DNA of 64,000 bases from Octopus sinensis (taxonomy: Eukaryota). The position numbers were made by a program, and so were the translations under genes. Of this stretch, positions 39,421-52,200 are shown in pieces (the first letter of the stretch is position 1; the number at the start of each line of letters is the position of its first letter). The stretch is from NCBI RefSeq assembly GCF_006345805.1, contig NC_043002.1, positions 63,612,001-63,676,000 of the forward strand. Reading direction: 5' to 3'. The notes below the pieces were generated by a model. It was not told the DNA's origin. It made no database searches and worked only from the letters and a program-made list of their open reading frames with translations.

Positions 39421-40051
39421 CAAGTACATCAGGAATGTGGTTTACAAGGCTGCGCTCCACTAGCTTTTCCATGCCCTTGAACATCCCGTAAAGTAAATTA
39501 GCTTAAAATGGGTTACTTAGTTCCCTAGGTTGTTGCTTTTCATCAAAAATCGCCCCAACTTGCTTCCTAGATGTTTTATCGGATAAACTTATTATTTTCC
39601 TAGGTACGTTCTCATAAATTCATCATGCTTTTCCATCAAGATTTACCTCTAGCCAACCCACTTGCATGCATCGTTTTTGTCCTGCTATTCTTCCCTCAAC
39701 CTGTACATAACTGCACCTACCATTTTTGTTGTTTTTGTACTGCTTAAAAGCACGTTTCGTTCCTGCCCACCTTCCTGCTTAAACCATGTTTTTGTTCTCC
39801 CAGTCAACAGCGTAATCATTACTGGTACTTTAAATTCTTTGATTGCATATTTGTGTGAATATAATAGTTTTTCTTTGGAATAGAAAAAAAGTCTATATTT
39901 ATTTCTTATTTTGCTGGTGTCTCAAATTTAGGTTAAATCAGTGTTTCTCAAAGAGGAGGCCTATAGGACAGTCGGACAAGTTGTTTTGAGAAAATTTGAT
40001 TGAAATGTTTGACAACTCAGCACCGTGCATTGAACGGAAGGCATGTTGCTC

Positions 40052-40089
<38 letters not shown>

Positions 40090-40090
<1 letters not shown>

Positions 40091-40730
40091 AGATACATAT
40101 TCCTTTCTACTCTAGGCACAAGACCCAGCATTGGACGAAGCCAGTCGACCAGATTGACTCCTGCACGCAAATGGTACTTAATCTCTCGACTCCGAAAGGA
40201 TGAAAAGCAAAGCCGACATCGGTGGAATTTGAACTCAGAGCGTAGAAACAGACGAGATACCTATTTCTTTACAACCCACAAGAGGCTAAACACAGAGGGA
40301 ACAAACAAGGACAGACATACGGATTAAGTCGATTACATCATCCCCAGTGCGTAACTGGTACTTCGGTGGGGAGGGGGCAGTCGTTTAGATCGACTCTAGT
40401 ATGCAAGTGGTACTTAATTTATCGACCCCGGAATGATGAAAGGCAAAGTCGACCTCTGCGGAATTTGAACTCAGAACGTAACGGCAGACAAAATACCTAT
40501 TTCTTTATTACCCACAAGGGGTTAAACATAAAGGGGACAAACATGGACAGACATAGGTATTAAGTCGATTATATCGACCCAGTACGTAACTGGTAGTTAA
40601 TTTATCGACCCCGGAATGATGAAAGGCAAAGTCGACCTCTGCGGAATTTGAACTCAGAACGTAACGGCAGACAAAATACCGCTAAACATTTCGCCCTGCG
40701 TGCTAAGGCTTCTGCCAGATCACCTCCTTG
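40090..40730 (-). mobile_element. SINE family B multimer (three bodies, alternating tails)
   Basis: Body motif at about 40170, 40410 and 40600; single head at 40728. Confidence 0.9.
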
Positions 40731-41129
40731 ATAGATACATTTTTAAACATAGATATTTTAGTTTAAGTATCAGCATATGTTTGCGTGCATATGTGTGCTT
40801 GTATATACGCGCGTGTGTGTGTATCGATTGAATACATTTAGGAGAAAATCGATTGTTCTACAAGAAAGTGTATTGTCAGAACTTTCAATACATCAAGTTC
40901 TCTGTGTAAGTAAAACATTCATTTGCATAAATTTTACCGATCTAAAATGTGCTAACAACGAAAATTTTTTTGATTTTTTGCCTTTTACGAAAGGACATTG
41001 ACATTCCCGGAGTTCAAAGTCCAACTCTAAATATTTATTCATTTAAGACATATATTACTTATCTATGAGCCATTGTATTTTACATTTTTAATATAGTAAA
41101 ATGCGTGATATTTTATCTTTCACTTATGT

Positions 41130-41460
41130 CAGACTGCGGCCATGGTGGGACACCAACTTCGGGAATTTATTTTAGCCGCATAAATGGACTCCAGTACTTA
41201 ATTTTTAAGTTTGGTGCTTATCTTATCGGCATCTTTGAAATGCACTGGCACCGGTTGTCAAGCAGTGGTGGGGAACAAACACACACACACACACATGTAC
41301 ACACAAACATACACTCAGACACACACAGACATATATACATACAGGACAAACTTCTGTCAGTATCTGTCTACCAAATCCATTCACAAGGCCTTGTTCGGCC
41401 CGAGGCTATAGTAGAAAGCACTTGTACAAGGAGTCACGCAGTGCCCCTGAAACCGTATGT
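41130..41460 (-). mobile_element. SINE family A, diverged
   Basis: Homology to other copies. Confidence 0.75.
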
Positions 41461-41542
41461 TTTCTATAGATCTCTGTGAAATAGCCGACAGAGACATCTT
41501 AATTTTAATCACTAGGTGTAGAGGAAGAAACGTTAGAATAAT

Positions 41543-42133
41543 CAGGACAATTAATCCCCACAGACACACTGAAGGGCAATTCCCCCTCACGACGACTACT
41601 CCCTAGGGCAATTACCCCCTTTGGTTAATTAATCCGTCTCCAATATCTCAAGAAGTTTTAAATTATCATCTAAAAGTGCAAATGATACGCGATTCCTCGC
41701 AAATATTGTATCACATTTATGTCTTCATAATTGCTAACTACGGCATTGATACTGGCTGAAACATGTATAAAATTTCTTTCTAGGTGGTTGTTTAGCAAGA
41801 CCAGTCAACCATTGAGTCATAAGTACTTGTTTTCATGCTTGCTCACTTTTGATATATTTCAGAAACTTCCAAACGTTTTGGTGGCATCAACCAGCATTTG
41901 ATAAAAAGCAAACACGCATTTGAGAAAATACAAACCAGCATTTGAGAAAAAGTAAACCAGCATTTGGTAAATAGTAGCTTGTACACCGGAAAATACGCTG
42001 CACGTCGGAGGTTAACTGCCTGGGGCTAATTGTCTTACCTCGTAAGTTTCCCAGAGGTTGTTGTCCTCAGAGGTAGTTGTCATCAGGTGTATTTGTCCTT
42101 GTGGGGTTATTGTACATGGGGCTAAATGTCCCA
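41543..42133. mobile_element. Foldback/MITE-like element with inverted arrays of a GG(A/G)CAATT(A)CCCC motif
   Basis: Motif repeated at 41545-41620, complementary GGGG(C/T)TAATTGTCC-like copies at 42007-42131. Confidence 0.55.
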
Positions 42134-42337
42134 GACTCGACTACACATTAGTATTAAAGCACCATCAGAGAAATATATTTCTTACTTTCTTACCACGGAA
42201 ACATAAATAACTTTTCGCAGCTGAAATTGCGTGCACAGTTTGAAGGATTTTACAAGTCGTTACAAAGTGGTTTACAATGAAATTGAATATGCATTCAACG
42301 TCGCTCTCTTGTTAAATGGAGATGTAATATACGTATG

Positions 42338-42394
<57 letters not shown>

Positions 42395-42644
42395 TATATA
42401 TGTATGTGTGTGTATGCATGTATGTGCGTGTGTGTGTGTGTGTGTGTACGTGCGAGCGTGAGTGCGTGCGTGTATTTGTATGCGTTTGTCTGTGTTTTCT
42501 TTATTTGAGCTCTATTTTTAATCCTTAAGAGAGTTCCCGTTGTTTATCAATAAAGTGGTTGAGTTGATGTGTCGGTTGAACTGTTGCTGCATCTACCTGA
42601 GTGTGTATATCTGTTCATCTAAAGAATCTCAAACAGAGAATCAT

Positions 42645-43345
42645 TGAAATGTTTGAAAAACCTTCACTGTACCGCTAATACATTAGATGTGAAGAATTGG
42701 CATAAGTTTTATTTTGCTCTTTTCTAGAAATCCCTAGTAATTTTATGTTTTCTCATAAAACTTTAGGTGCATAGCCTAATACGCCTATCAGGATAAGTAC
42801 GAATGAGAATTTATAGTTAGCATACCAGAGCGGTATTGCCACATTAATTCTTCTTAAATGTTCTCCTTTTACTAGACTCTTGGGGGTGCGTTCACAACTG
42901 CTGGACAGGTGACCGTTACAGTTGTACGTGACTTTTGTTCCACGTCCCAGAGAGCTATATTAGATCTATTATGTTTGCACCGAATTGCTGTTTTCATCAG
43001 AGTGTTCTTCCCGTATTCCTTGTTTTGAAAAGTGTGAATAGGTGCTGTTTCTGATATACTTTTGAGTTATATATGTCAGGGCGATCCTTCTTGCGAATAA
43101 CATTAAATAGGATTTTTACAAATATATCATGCCTCCGGGGTAGGTAGAATCCCGTAGAAAGTTTTGGGCAGCTGATGATGATGTGGGTCATATCTTTCTC
43201 ACTGGTACATCAGAGCCATCAATTTCTATCACAACGTGGCGGATTGGTTGTATATTTGTCTCTCTTGCTCATCAAATATTTGGTGGTTATGACCTGTTCC
43301 TATATCTCATAGGTATATCCTTCTAGTGGGATATATCTATCACAG
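42645..43345 (-). mobile_element. Degenerate REL-LINE C-terminal fragment, same type as 2775-3270
   Basis: EGYTYEI*EQVITTKYL, THIIISCPKLS..YLPRRHD, KTAIRCKHNRSNIALWD..VTCPAVVN..KENI, SGTVK traces. Confidence 0.75.
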
Positions 43346-43428
43346 GTTGTTTGGCATCCTTTCTGTCTCGGGAGACAATGGAGTTGCGCATTTTTTTTTT
43401 TTTCTAGGTCTAGTCCGGCTGTTATATT

Positions 43429-45282
43429 TTATTTCCTGTTACATTTCTTGCTGTGGCTGTGTAGTCCTATCCTGGACAAACACTCCCTCTGGCAGGTACT
43501 GCAAATGTAGCGAAGACTGTTCCTGGCTGATTGTAGTGCCATGGTCTCTTGTTTATGTCTCTTCTTTTCTTTCCATTTCTCCTCTCTCTTTCTGTCACTC
43601 CTCTGTATACCCTCTTTTACTGTACGTCGCCATTCTCCACGGTTGCCGGCGACTGCCTCCCAACCGCTAATGTTGATGTTACAGGCCTTCATATCACTTT
43701 TGCAAACATCCTTGTAACGTAAGATCGGTCTACCCACAGACCTAGTACCCCTAGCAAGCTCTCCGTAGAGTATGTCCTTGGGGATTCTGCCATCTTTCAT
43801 ACGGCTAACATGCCCAAGCCATCTCATACGTCTTTGTGTGAGGAGTGCAAACATGCTTGGTATTCCTGCTTGCCTGAGGACATCTTTGTTGGGGATATGA
43901 TTCTGCCATTTGATGTGGAGGATTTTTCGGAGGCAGTGCAGGTGAAAGATGTTTAGGCGACGCTCTTGGCGTGTGTATAGCGTCCAGGTCTCGCTTCCAT
44001 ACAGTAGAGTGCTGAGTACACATGCCTGGTAGATCTTCATTTTTGTGGTCTTGGTCAGCTTATTGTTGTCCCAAGCCCGTTTCGAGAGTTGGGCCATCAC
44101 AGCAGCTGCCTTGCCAATGCGTATATTGAGCTCAGCGTCAAGGGATAGGTTGTAGGTGACGGTAGAGCCCAGATAGGTAAACTTCTCCACCTCTTGTAAT
44201 CTGTGGTCTCCAATATGTATGTTTGGGATGTCCGATGTAGCCTGGCCCATGATGTTGGTCTTCTTAAGGCTGATAGCTAAGCCAAAGTCGTTACATGCTT
44301 GCTCAAAACAGTTAATGAGCCTTTGGAGGGCTTTTTCTGTGTGTGTTACCAGAGCGGCATCATCAGCAAATAACATCTCCTTGATCAGGACGTTTCTGAT
44401 TTTGGTCTTGGCACGCAGGCGCGAGAGATTGAACAGTTTCCCGTCACTTCTACTGTGCAGAAACACTCCATCATCTGATGTCTGAAAGGCATGTGACAGC
44501 AAGAGTGAGAAGAAGATGCCAAACAATGTAGGAGCGAGGACACAGCCTTGCTTTACCCCGTTTTTTATTTGGAAGGCGGCTGATGTTGAACCGTTGTGCT
44601 GTATGGTGCCTTGCATGTCATCATGGAAAGACTTGATGATCCTCAGCAGCTTTGGTGGACATCCGATTTTTTGGAGCAGGAGGAAGAGGCCTGTTCTGCT
44701 TACCGAGTCAAAAGCCCTTGTTAGATCAATGAAGGCCATATATAATGGCATTTTCTGCTCTCTGGACTTCTCCTGAAGTTGGCGTATGGAGAATATCATA
44801 TCGATAGTTGATCTGCTTCTTCTAAAGCCACACTGCGATTCCGGATAGATTCGAGAAGCAAGTAGTTGTAGCCTGTCCAGGATAACGCGGGCAAAGGTCT
44901 TTCCAACAGTGCTTAGAAGGGATATACCACGGTAATTGTTACAATCACCACGGTCACCTTTGTTTTTGTAGAGCGTAATGATGTTGGCATCCCGCATATC
45001 CTGAGGGACTGTACCCTCTTCCCAGCACTGACACAGAAGCTCATGAAGGTGCCGAAGCAGGATGGTGTTTTTGCCGGCTTTGATGATCTCTGAGGGGATG
45101 CCGTCTTTTCCCGGAGCCTTTTTTCTTGCTAGGGAGTCAACAGCCTTGGTAAGCTCTGCTATAGATGGCGGACTGTCAAGTTCGCAAATGACTGGCAAGA
45201 TCTTGACACTCTCGACTGCAGCCTCAGCCAGTGTGGTCTCCCGTGAGTAGAGATCCTGGTAGTGCTCCACCCATCTATCCAT
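43429..45282 (-). CDS. RTE ORF C-terminal half: reverse transcriptase plus C-terminal Cys/His finger, 617 aa uninterrupted; part of a frameshifted ORF
   Basis: KAPGKDGIP, NYRGISLL, ESQCGFR, FIDLTRAFDSV, GVKQGCVLAPTLF, LFADDAAL, FTYLGS, YICSTCQRECLSRIGLHSH. Confidence 0.95.
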   Translation of the reverse strand: MDRWVEHYQDLYSRETTLAEAAVESVKILPVICELDSPPSIAELTKAVDSLARKKAPGKDGIPSEIIKAGKNTILLRHLHELLCQCWEEGTVPQDMRDANIITLYKNKGDRGDCNNYRGISLLSTVGKTFARVILDRLQLLASRIYPESQCGFRRSRSTIDMIFSIRQLQEKSREQKMPLYMAFIDLTRAFDSVSRTGLFLLLQKIGCPPKLLRIIKSFHDDMQGTIQHNGSTSAAFQIKNGVKQGCVLAPTLFGIFFSLLLSHAFQTSDDGVFLHSRSDGKLFNLSRLRAKTKIRNVLIKEMLFADDAALVTHTEKALQRLINCFEQACNDFGLAISLKKTNIMGQATSDIPNIHIGDHRLQEVEKFTYLGSTVTYNLSLDAELNIRIGKAAAVMAQLSKRAWDNNKLTKTTKMKIYQACVLSTLLYGSETWTLYTRQERRLNIFHLHCLRKILHIKWQNHIPNKDVLRQAGIPSMFALLTQRRMRWLGHVSRMKDGRIPKDILYGELARGTRSVGRPILRYKDVCKSDMKACNINISGWEAVAGNRGEWRRTVKEGIQRSDRKREEKWKEKKRHKQETMALQSARNSLRYICSTCQRECLSRIGLHSHSKKCNRK

Positions 45283-46628
45283 TTGCTTGCCTTGATCCCT
45301 GATTTCAGAGGGGCTGACTTGGTTGCGGATGGACCGAGGGCCTTCTTCAAACCAGCATACATCCCACGGGTGTCGCCCCTGTCAGCAGCTGACTGGATAC
45401 TCTGACAGATTTCCTGCCAATACCTATTTGCACAGCATCTGGCTGTCAGTTGGGTTTTATTTCGTGCCTTTCTGAGTTCTTCGAGTGACTTTGTAGAAGA
45501 GTCACTCTTGTATTGCACCAGAGCTGCACGCTTTGCTTCGATAACTGGCTCCAGCTCTGAGAGCCCAGCATTGAACCAATCTGGGTTTTGCCTTTCTCTC
45601 ATGCCGAAAGTATCCAATGATGTCGTATACAAGGCTTCCCTGATATAGTCCCACCTACTTTCAGCAGAGGAGGTTGGGCAGCTACTGAGGGCAACCTTGA
45701 CAGAAGCAGCAAAACATTTTCGCAGTGTAGGGTCCGAGGTTCTGGCGGTGTTGATGCGTGGTCGGCCCACTTTCTTGGAGCTTCTAATTAGTGAGTGGTC
45801 TGTGTCACAATCCGCACTGTGGTAACTGCGGGTCAATAGAGTGGAACTCAGAGAGGATCTCCGTGTAATGATGAGATCCAGCTGATGCCAGTGGTGAGAT
45901 CTTGGATGTCTCCAGGATGCCTTGTGGGATGGCTTGCTGGTGAAGAATGTGTTTGTGATGCACAGGTTGTGGTATGTGAAGAATTCGAGTAGTCTCTGAC
46001 CATTGTCATTCATGTTGCCAATACCAAAGTGTCCAACACAAATGGGCCACGAATCATGGTCAGATCCCACGCGAGCGTTAAAATCCCCTAGAAGGTAGAT
46101 ATTTTCAGTCGTTGGTATATTTTCTAGGACACAGTTGAGATCTTTGTAGAACTGGTCCTTGGTCTCCTCTGAGCTGTAGAGAGTGGGAGCATAGATGCTG
46201 AGTAGATGTACTGAGCCAGAAGAAGTCGAGAGGCGCAGTGAGAGGATACGCTTAGTGCCTCCCGATGGTGGTTCTATTGAGGAGAGTAGTGAGTTTCTCA
46301 CTGCAAAGCCAACGCCATGTTGACGAGGTTCTTCTAGATATCTTCCCTGCCAAAAGAAGGTGAAGTCCTGCTCTTTGAGTCTGCCGTTTGAGGGAAGTCT
46401 TGTCTCCTGCAGCCCAGCAATATCTATGTTGAGCCTCTTTAGTTCACGGTCAATGATGGCCGTTTTCCTTGTGTCTTCAATACTGAGAAGATCGTCAGAT
46501 ATTCCAGGACACATGGTCCTGACATTCCAGCTTGCCAACTGCAGAACTGGTGTTTTCTTGAATTTTAGTTGCTTGCTGGTGCAGAGGTTGCAGGCCGCTT
46601 TTCGAGTCGTACTCTTAGCTCCAAGCAC
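45159..46628 (-). pseudogene. RTE ORF N-terminal half: APE-like endonuclease; true frame ends near 45300
   Basis: ASWNVRTM, GLQETR, HGVGFAV, SIYAPT, LLGDFNARVG, HQLDLII, SADCDTDH motifs. Confidence 0.95.
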
Positions 46629-49600
46629 CCAATGGAACAGGCGGCTTGTGGCGGTTCAGCACCTTATTAACTGGGGGCTGCCCAGCTTGAGGTGGGCAGT
46701 AGCTAACCAATAGGACACGGAAGTTCCTCCCACCGGCAGAGGTAACCCGTAGCGTCCATATTTTACGCCAATCTGAATGGACTTATCACTCGTAACTGTT
46801 ACCTCCCGTGTTGTTTCTGCAGCTTTTTACAGCAGCACTGAAGTGTCCTCTCCAGTTTTGCGCAGGCCTGGGCTATAGATAAGAAAGTCCTGGGTAGCCC
46901 AATCGTCAGGTTTCCTCTCTCGACCTTGCTGATGTAGTCCAGTGGAGTGCAGTGCATTACGTTTGGCACCAGCTTGGTTGCAGGAGCTGCCGGAAGAGTG
47001 TCGAATCGAACACTAGACCGCCTTCGGGGCTCCACTCCGGATTTCATTGAAGGTTGTCTCCTTTCCGTAACCCTGGATAGGGGCCCATACCGGGTACTGT
47101 CAGCCGGAGCCAGCTGAGCCCGGAACTCGTGTCAGGCAGGGTCGTCACTCCCTGAAGTAGTGAAGAAGTTCGCTACCCACTACCTTTTCAAGTAATGTTA
47201 AATTATTATTACGGTTTTTTTTTTTTTTTTGCCTATGTTAAATTTCAACCACTAATATTCACCATCATCATCAGCAGCAGCAGTTGTAGTAGAAGCAGCA
47301 ATATCACTAGGAGGGAAGTGGGAAGGGGAGGTACCGGATAAACTATTCTTTCTCTCAATGCAGTTCTTTTCCTACAGCTTAAAGTATATGTACACATTCA
47401 TTGGTTTTTCCTGATATGATGCTTGCCTCTCCTCCAAGCTTCTGTTTAGGTAGAACAATCCAGGATCCATTGGGGTACATGAAACAGCTGTATTCCAAGT
47501 GTACCGCCTCAGTACTTATTTTCCAAAACTTAGGATGTTGTTATCCTCACTTTTGATTTTGCATGGAACGTCCTCTTTTGTATTTTCTCTCTAACATGTG
47601 ATATCCAAAACAGTTTCAACTGATATTGTATGCCTGTATGTATGGATGTATGGATGTGTGTATGTATGTCATTATTCAGTTTATTTTAAAATTTCATGCC
47701 AATAGAGAAAGAACTGGTTTCTAACCTAGATCCTCACTGGAATTCCAGCATTAACAACAGGGTATTTTTGTTTGTAAGTAAGTATGTATAATATTACGTA
47801 TGTATTCTCATGCATATAGTTGCATATCGAGACGTGTGTGAATGTATGTATGTTTGTGTATGCGTATGTAAGCATGTGTATATGGATATATGTATGTATA
47901 CAAGCATGTATGTGATTATATATGAATGTGTATGCATATGTATAGGTATATATGTATAAATATATGTATATGTGTATACATATGTGCGTGTAACACACAC
48001 ATACGCTTATATTTGCAATTTGTAGAAAAATTCTTTATGAGTTAGAATTGCAACAATTTATTAAGACTTGCAGTATTATTGAAAATAGATTGATAAATTC
48101 AAATGTACGTGATTCTGCATACAATGGTGTTTCTGACTTACTCGGAATGACTAAATCCTGTGTTACACCGATCAGATTACAGCTCACAGCTCATGGTAGA
48201 GTTAGATCGATTATAAATATTTATTGATATATTTCGAATTAACAAAAACGTAACCTCGGCACCTTTCATTTCCCGCCAAAAATATTTAAAAAAATAGCCT
48301 GAGGTTCACTCTTAATTAATTATAAAATTTTGTCAATACATCGTCTATTTTAAAAATTACATAAAGGATTTAACACTGTTAAATATAGTTATAGCTTATT
48401 AAATATCTATGGCTTATTAATCTATCCTCAGAGAGAAAATGGATTTCAATTTATGACTGAGATAAAAAGGATTAGAAATTAATGAAATTTGCCACAACAC
48501 CACTTGCAAACATTGAAATAGGAGGATGTTACCATTGTGTTTATAATTGTTTGCATTATATTTCACAGAAAATTAAATTCGTATATTGATCAAAGAGATA
48601 GACTTTGCATTGTATTTGAAATTCTCAAAGCTAACACATGTGGTGAATTATCAGTAACTCGATTGCACAATTATTTAATCACGCTAAAAGCGCATACAAT
48701 GTTATGTAAATTTGACACACCAGTTTACGTTTCACTCATACTGAATATTGTAAGTTTATCAAACTAAAGGTTATATCGTATATTTACATTTGTAAGATAT
48801 TTTTATAGATGAAACAAGTAATCCTCTGGCAATAAGAAAATAAATAGATTTGAATAGAGCGAATTGGATTTTATGAAATTGCATGAAAAATCACATAAAA
48901 AAATTGTTTGGAAAATATTTTTATTTGTTAAAGACATAAGTTTAAGGAAATGGTGAGATACATTTAGAAGCAAATATTTATGAACGATTCTAAATTCAAT
49001 CATTGAATCTTCTCGAATTTTATGTTATAGAAACATTTAAGTATGTTTCATATATATATAAAAAATATGTATATATATTTTTCTAGTAGAATGTACGTCA
49101 AAAGCAATATTATCTGCTATATTCTAGCAAAAACGATAGGTGTCACGATGAATTTATTTCGAGAAGACTAAAGCTTCGAATTTCTAACACTGACGAATCA
49201 GAAACTATCACATTCAACATATCAAGACAAAAACCAGATCGGAGTTCTTTGAAAAACACTCGATATATGAAGTTACAGGAAATCTCGTCTTCACAATTCA
49301 GAGAAATATATATTTACGAACATTTATAAATATTTCATGACGTTTCTAAAATATTTTTTGTAGCATTATTCCTTTATCAATCTTCCCTCTTTCTTTCCTT
49401 ACCTGAATAGTTTTCTAATACCCGCATTCCGGTAATGCCCATACATTTCCCAATATTACTTATCAATGTTAATATTCTGTTTCCAGACTCTGCAACATTA
49501 CAGTAATTGGACAAAATATTTTACTTTTTCATTCGACAATGTGGGTTTCTTATTAACACTATATCGTTACTGGTGTTACCGTTATTTTACGATAAAAATT

Positions 49601-49649
49601 ATGATATTTATTATCAGAATTGATACGTTTACACAAAACTATCACGTTT

Positions 49650-50530
49650 GATATCAAGGGCCTTTTGAATAAACTTTGCCAGTTTTTTTATTGTATTAAT
49701 GCAACTCTCTTTGCTACAAAGGAGCAATTTTCTCCTGCCATTCCAATTACCACTTTGTTTCTATTTTCTCCTGTGTATTGACCGCAATATTTATATCAGT
49801 TCTCACTGCCACATCTATGATGCTGCATTCTTTTGAATCCACATCCTGAATCCGGTTGTCCTGCTTGAATTTCGTGATGAATCTCAGCAGTAAAGACTTT
49901 AAACTGATTATATTCTCTCACACTCACGGATTTCTATTGGTACCAATTTCTGTTTAATTCGAACTCCTTTGACGAAATATGCTACGTTGTGTAATCTTGG
50001 CTACAAGATCGCGTCTAAATCCATACACTTTTTGAGTCAAAAGACTACAAGGGTTTATTTCTCTTTATGTTTACATTATACTGCACTTAACCCTTCCCAA
50101 ACTACCCTCAATTATTGCCCCAATGACATCCGTTCGGAGTTTCTGGCTTTTAGCAAACGTAATATATTCTATTCCTTTCTTGATTTCTCCCTTATTCATC
50201 CATAAACAAGATTCTTCTGCTGGAAGAGCTTGTGTTTGCCTGTCCTCACAGATGTTTCATTCATTCTCCATGTTTCTTCTTTACTTCCATTCTATCGTGG
50301 TTCCTACAATGTGTTCGCTTCTGTTCTGGCAGATGAAATAGAAAGAATTTCGATTCTATTCCTCACATAAATGCAGGAGTGGCTGTGTGGTAAGTAGCTT
50401 GCTTACAAACCACATGGCTCTGTGTTTAGTCCCACTGCGTGCCACCTTGGACTAGTGTCTTCTACTATACCCTAGGGTCGACCAGTCTTGTGAGTGGAGT
50501 TGGAAGATGGAAACTGAAAGAAGCCTTACG

Positions 50531-50569
<39 letters not shown>

Positions 50570-52200
50570 ACGTGTGTGTGTGTGTATTTATATGTATATG
50601 CATATGTGTGTGTCTTTGTCTGTTTGTGTTTGTTTCCCACTATCGCTTGACAACCGATGCTGGTGGGTTTACGCCACCGTAACTTAGCGGTTCGGCAAAA
50701 AGTTCCGACTGAATAGGCTTACGAAGAATAAGTCTTGGGGTCGATTTTCACGACTAAAAGCGGTGCTCCAGCATGGCCGCAGTTAAACGAATGAAATAGA
50801 AGAATAAAAGTATAAGTTCTACCATCTCCACACTGTCTTCTATCTATCAATCTCCTCTCTCCTCCCCTGTTAGATTTAATATATTAACGCTGCACTAAGA
50901 TGTAACGATAATCATTGTCTTTCTGGTTTTACACTTTATGCCTCTTTATTTGATTAATTAATTATTTATTTATTTATTTTCATTGGGGCATTCACTGTTA
51001 ACAGCACCCTAACTTTCGTCATCCATTCGAGAACATCACTTCTCTGAATACAACTATTTATTTGTTTATTTATTCTGCCATGAAGCACAATCAAAATTTA
51101 AAACCCAAAACCCTGGAATTAATCAGTTCTAGGAGATTACCCGAATTACCATCCATTTTAAGACTCTTTTCAACTGTTCTCCTGTCATATCTATGTTTCT
51201 CCGTTTCGGCAGATCTCCGTTATTTGTATTTATCCTTCTTTTAAGCCATCATTTTTGACTTCGTGTCTCCAAAATTCTTTTCAGCATTCCTTTGCATCTT
51301 ACTTATTAATCGCTACGTCCATTGTAATATCTGTATTTCTTACCAATAGAATCTACTTTGATCTGTTTTGAACAACTTACTTTCTCTAAATTGTCCAGTT
51401 CTGTTAATGGACCTTTTAATCTTGGCAGCTTTCGCCTTTATCCTTCGTGTTAGTTATACCAACGATCTCCTACATATATATATATATATATAGTTTCAGC
51501 CAATAGTTCCTTTTGGGTTACTTCAGGGGATGTACTTTCTATCTGATCCTCGTTTCTAAGAATATCTACTCTTGCAAGATCTTTTCCGAACTGGCCTACC
51601 TGTTACTTCAATCAGCTTTTCCACTAGGCTTCTCTCTCCCTCCCTCTCTCTCTTTCTCTCTTTCTCTCTCTCTCTCTCTCTGTCTTTGTTTTCTTTATTT
51701 TGGTGGGGTGGCATTGTCATATCCTCACTTGAAGACTTTCCGTTACTATAACAGCTTCAGCGTATATTTTCTTGCAGCTCATGGTGATATCATTACATCT
51801 GATTTTAATCCAAGTCTTGGTTAATGATATATGTCTCTTTATATTGTTCATTATCTTTAGTATGGATGTTAAACATTTTCTTTTCATTTGATTGGGTAAT
51901 ATTATGCAATGACCATATTTACATCGGAAAAATTAAACTATGTTTCGTCTTGTACGTTCAGTGTTTTTTTTCTAGACAAGTTACCTGAACTTCTGTCTCT
52001 GCTTTCAGTGTCGTTGACATCATCTACCCATCCTACGTCTGGTAGATAACGCTCGATTTCTTTTATTTGTGCATCTCTTAACCCACTCTCTTCTCCTATT
52101 TGACTTACTTGGTCACTCAACCTCAAACAATTAATTACTCTTCCGCACGCCCCAATAAAATCAATGACATCATTATTTTGTTACATTCTCTGTTCCAGTA
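49650..52200 (-). mobile_element. Old R4/Dong-type LINE relic, fragmented and interrupted by a SINE and microsatellites
   Basis: LSDQVSQI..QIKEIER (52126); RIKAKAAKIKRSINRTGQFRESKLFKTDQSRFY (about 51440); LEWMTKVRVLL (about 51020); HEIQARQP..ECSIIDVAV (about 49870). Confidence 0.75.
50372..50810 (+). mobile_element. SINE family A, full length
   Basis: Canonical head to tail. Confidence 0.9.

Larger units (their letters stand above)
43346..47185 (-). mobile_element. Near full-length RTE-clade (BovB-like) LINE, about 3.8 kb
   Basis: GC-richer 5' UTR (46630 to about 47185), APE plus RT coding region, short 3' UTR ending GGATGCCAAACAAC; 5' boundary approximate; no TSD seen. Confidence 0.97.

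Noticed and set aside
39937-40005. CAGTGTTTCTCAAA...TTTGAGAAAA hAT-MITE-like ends
   Set aside because: Too short and imperfect, no 8-bp TSD visible
44219-47047. Plus-strand ORFs over the RTE (44219, 44516, 45062, 46360) and 5' UTR ORF 46799-47047
   Set aside because: Antisense shadows or chance frames of GC-richer coding DNA
49090-49330. 80-codon ATG-less open frame after a TTTTCTAG
   Set aside because: No recognisable domain or donor site; not supportable as an exon
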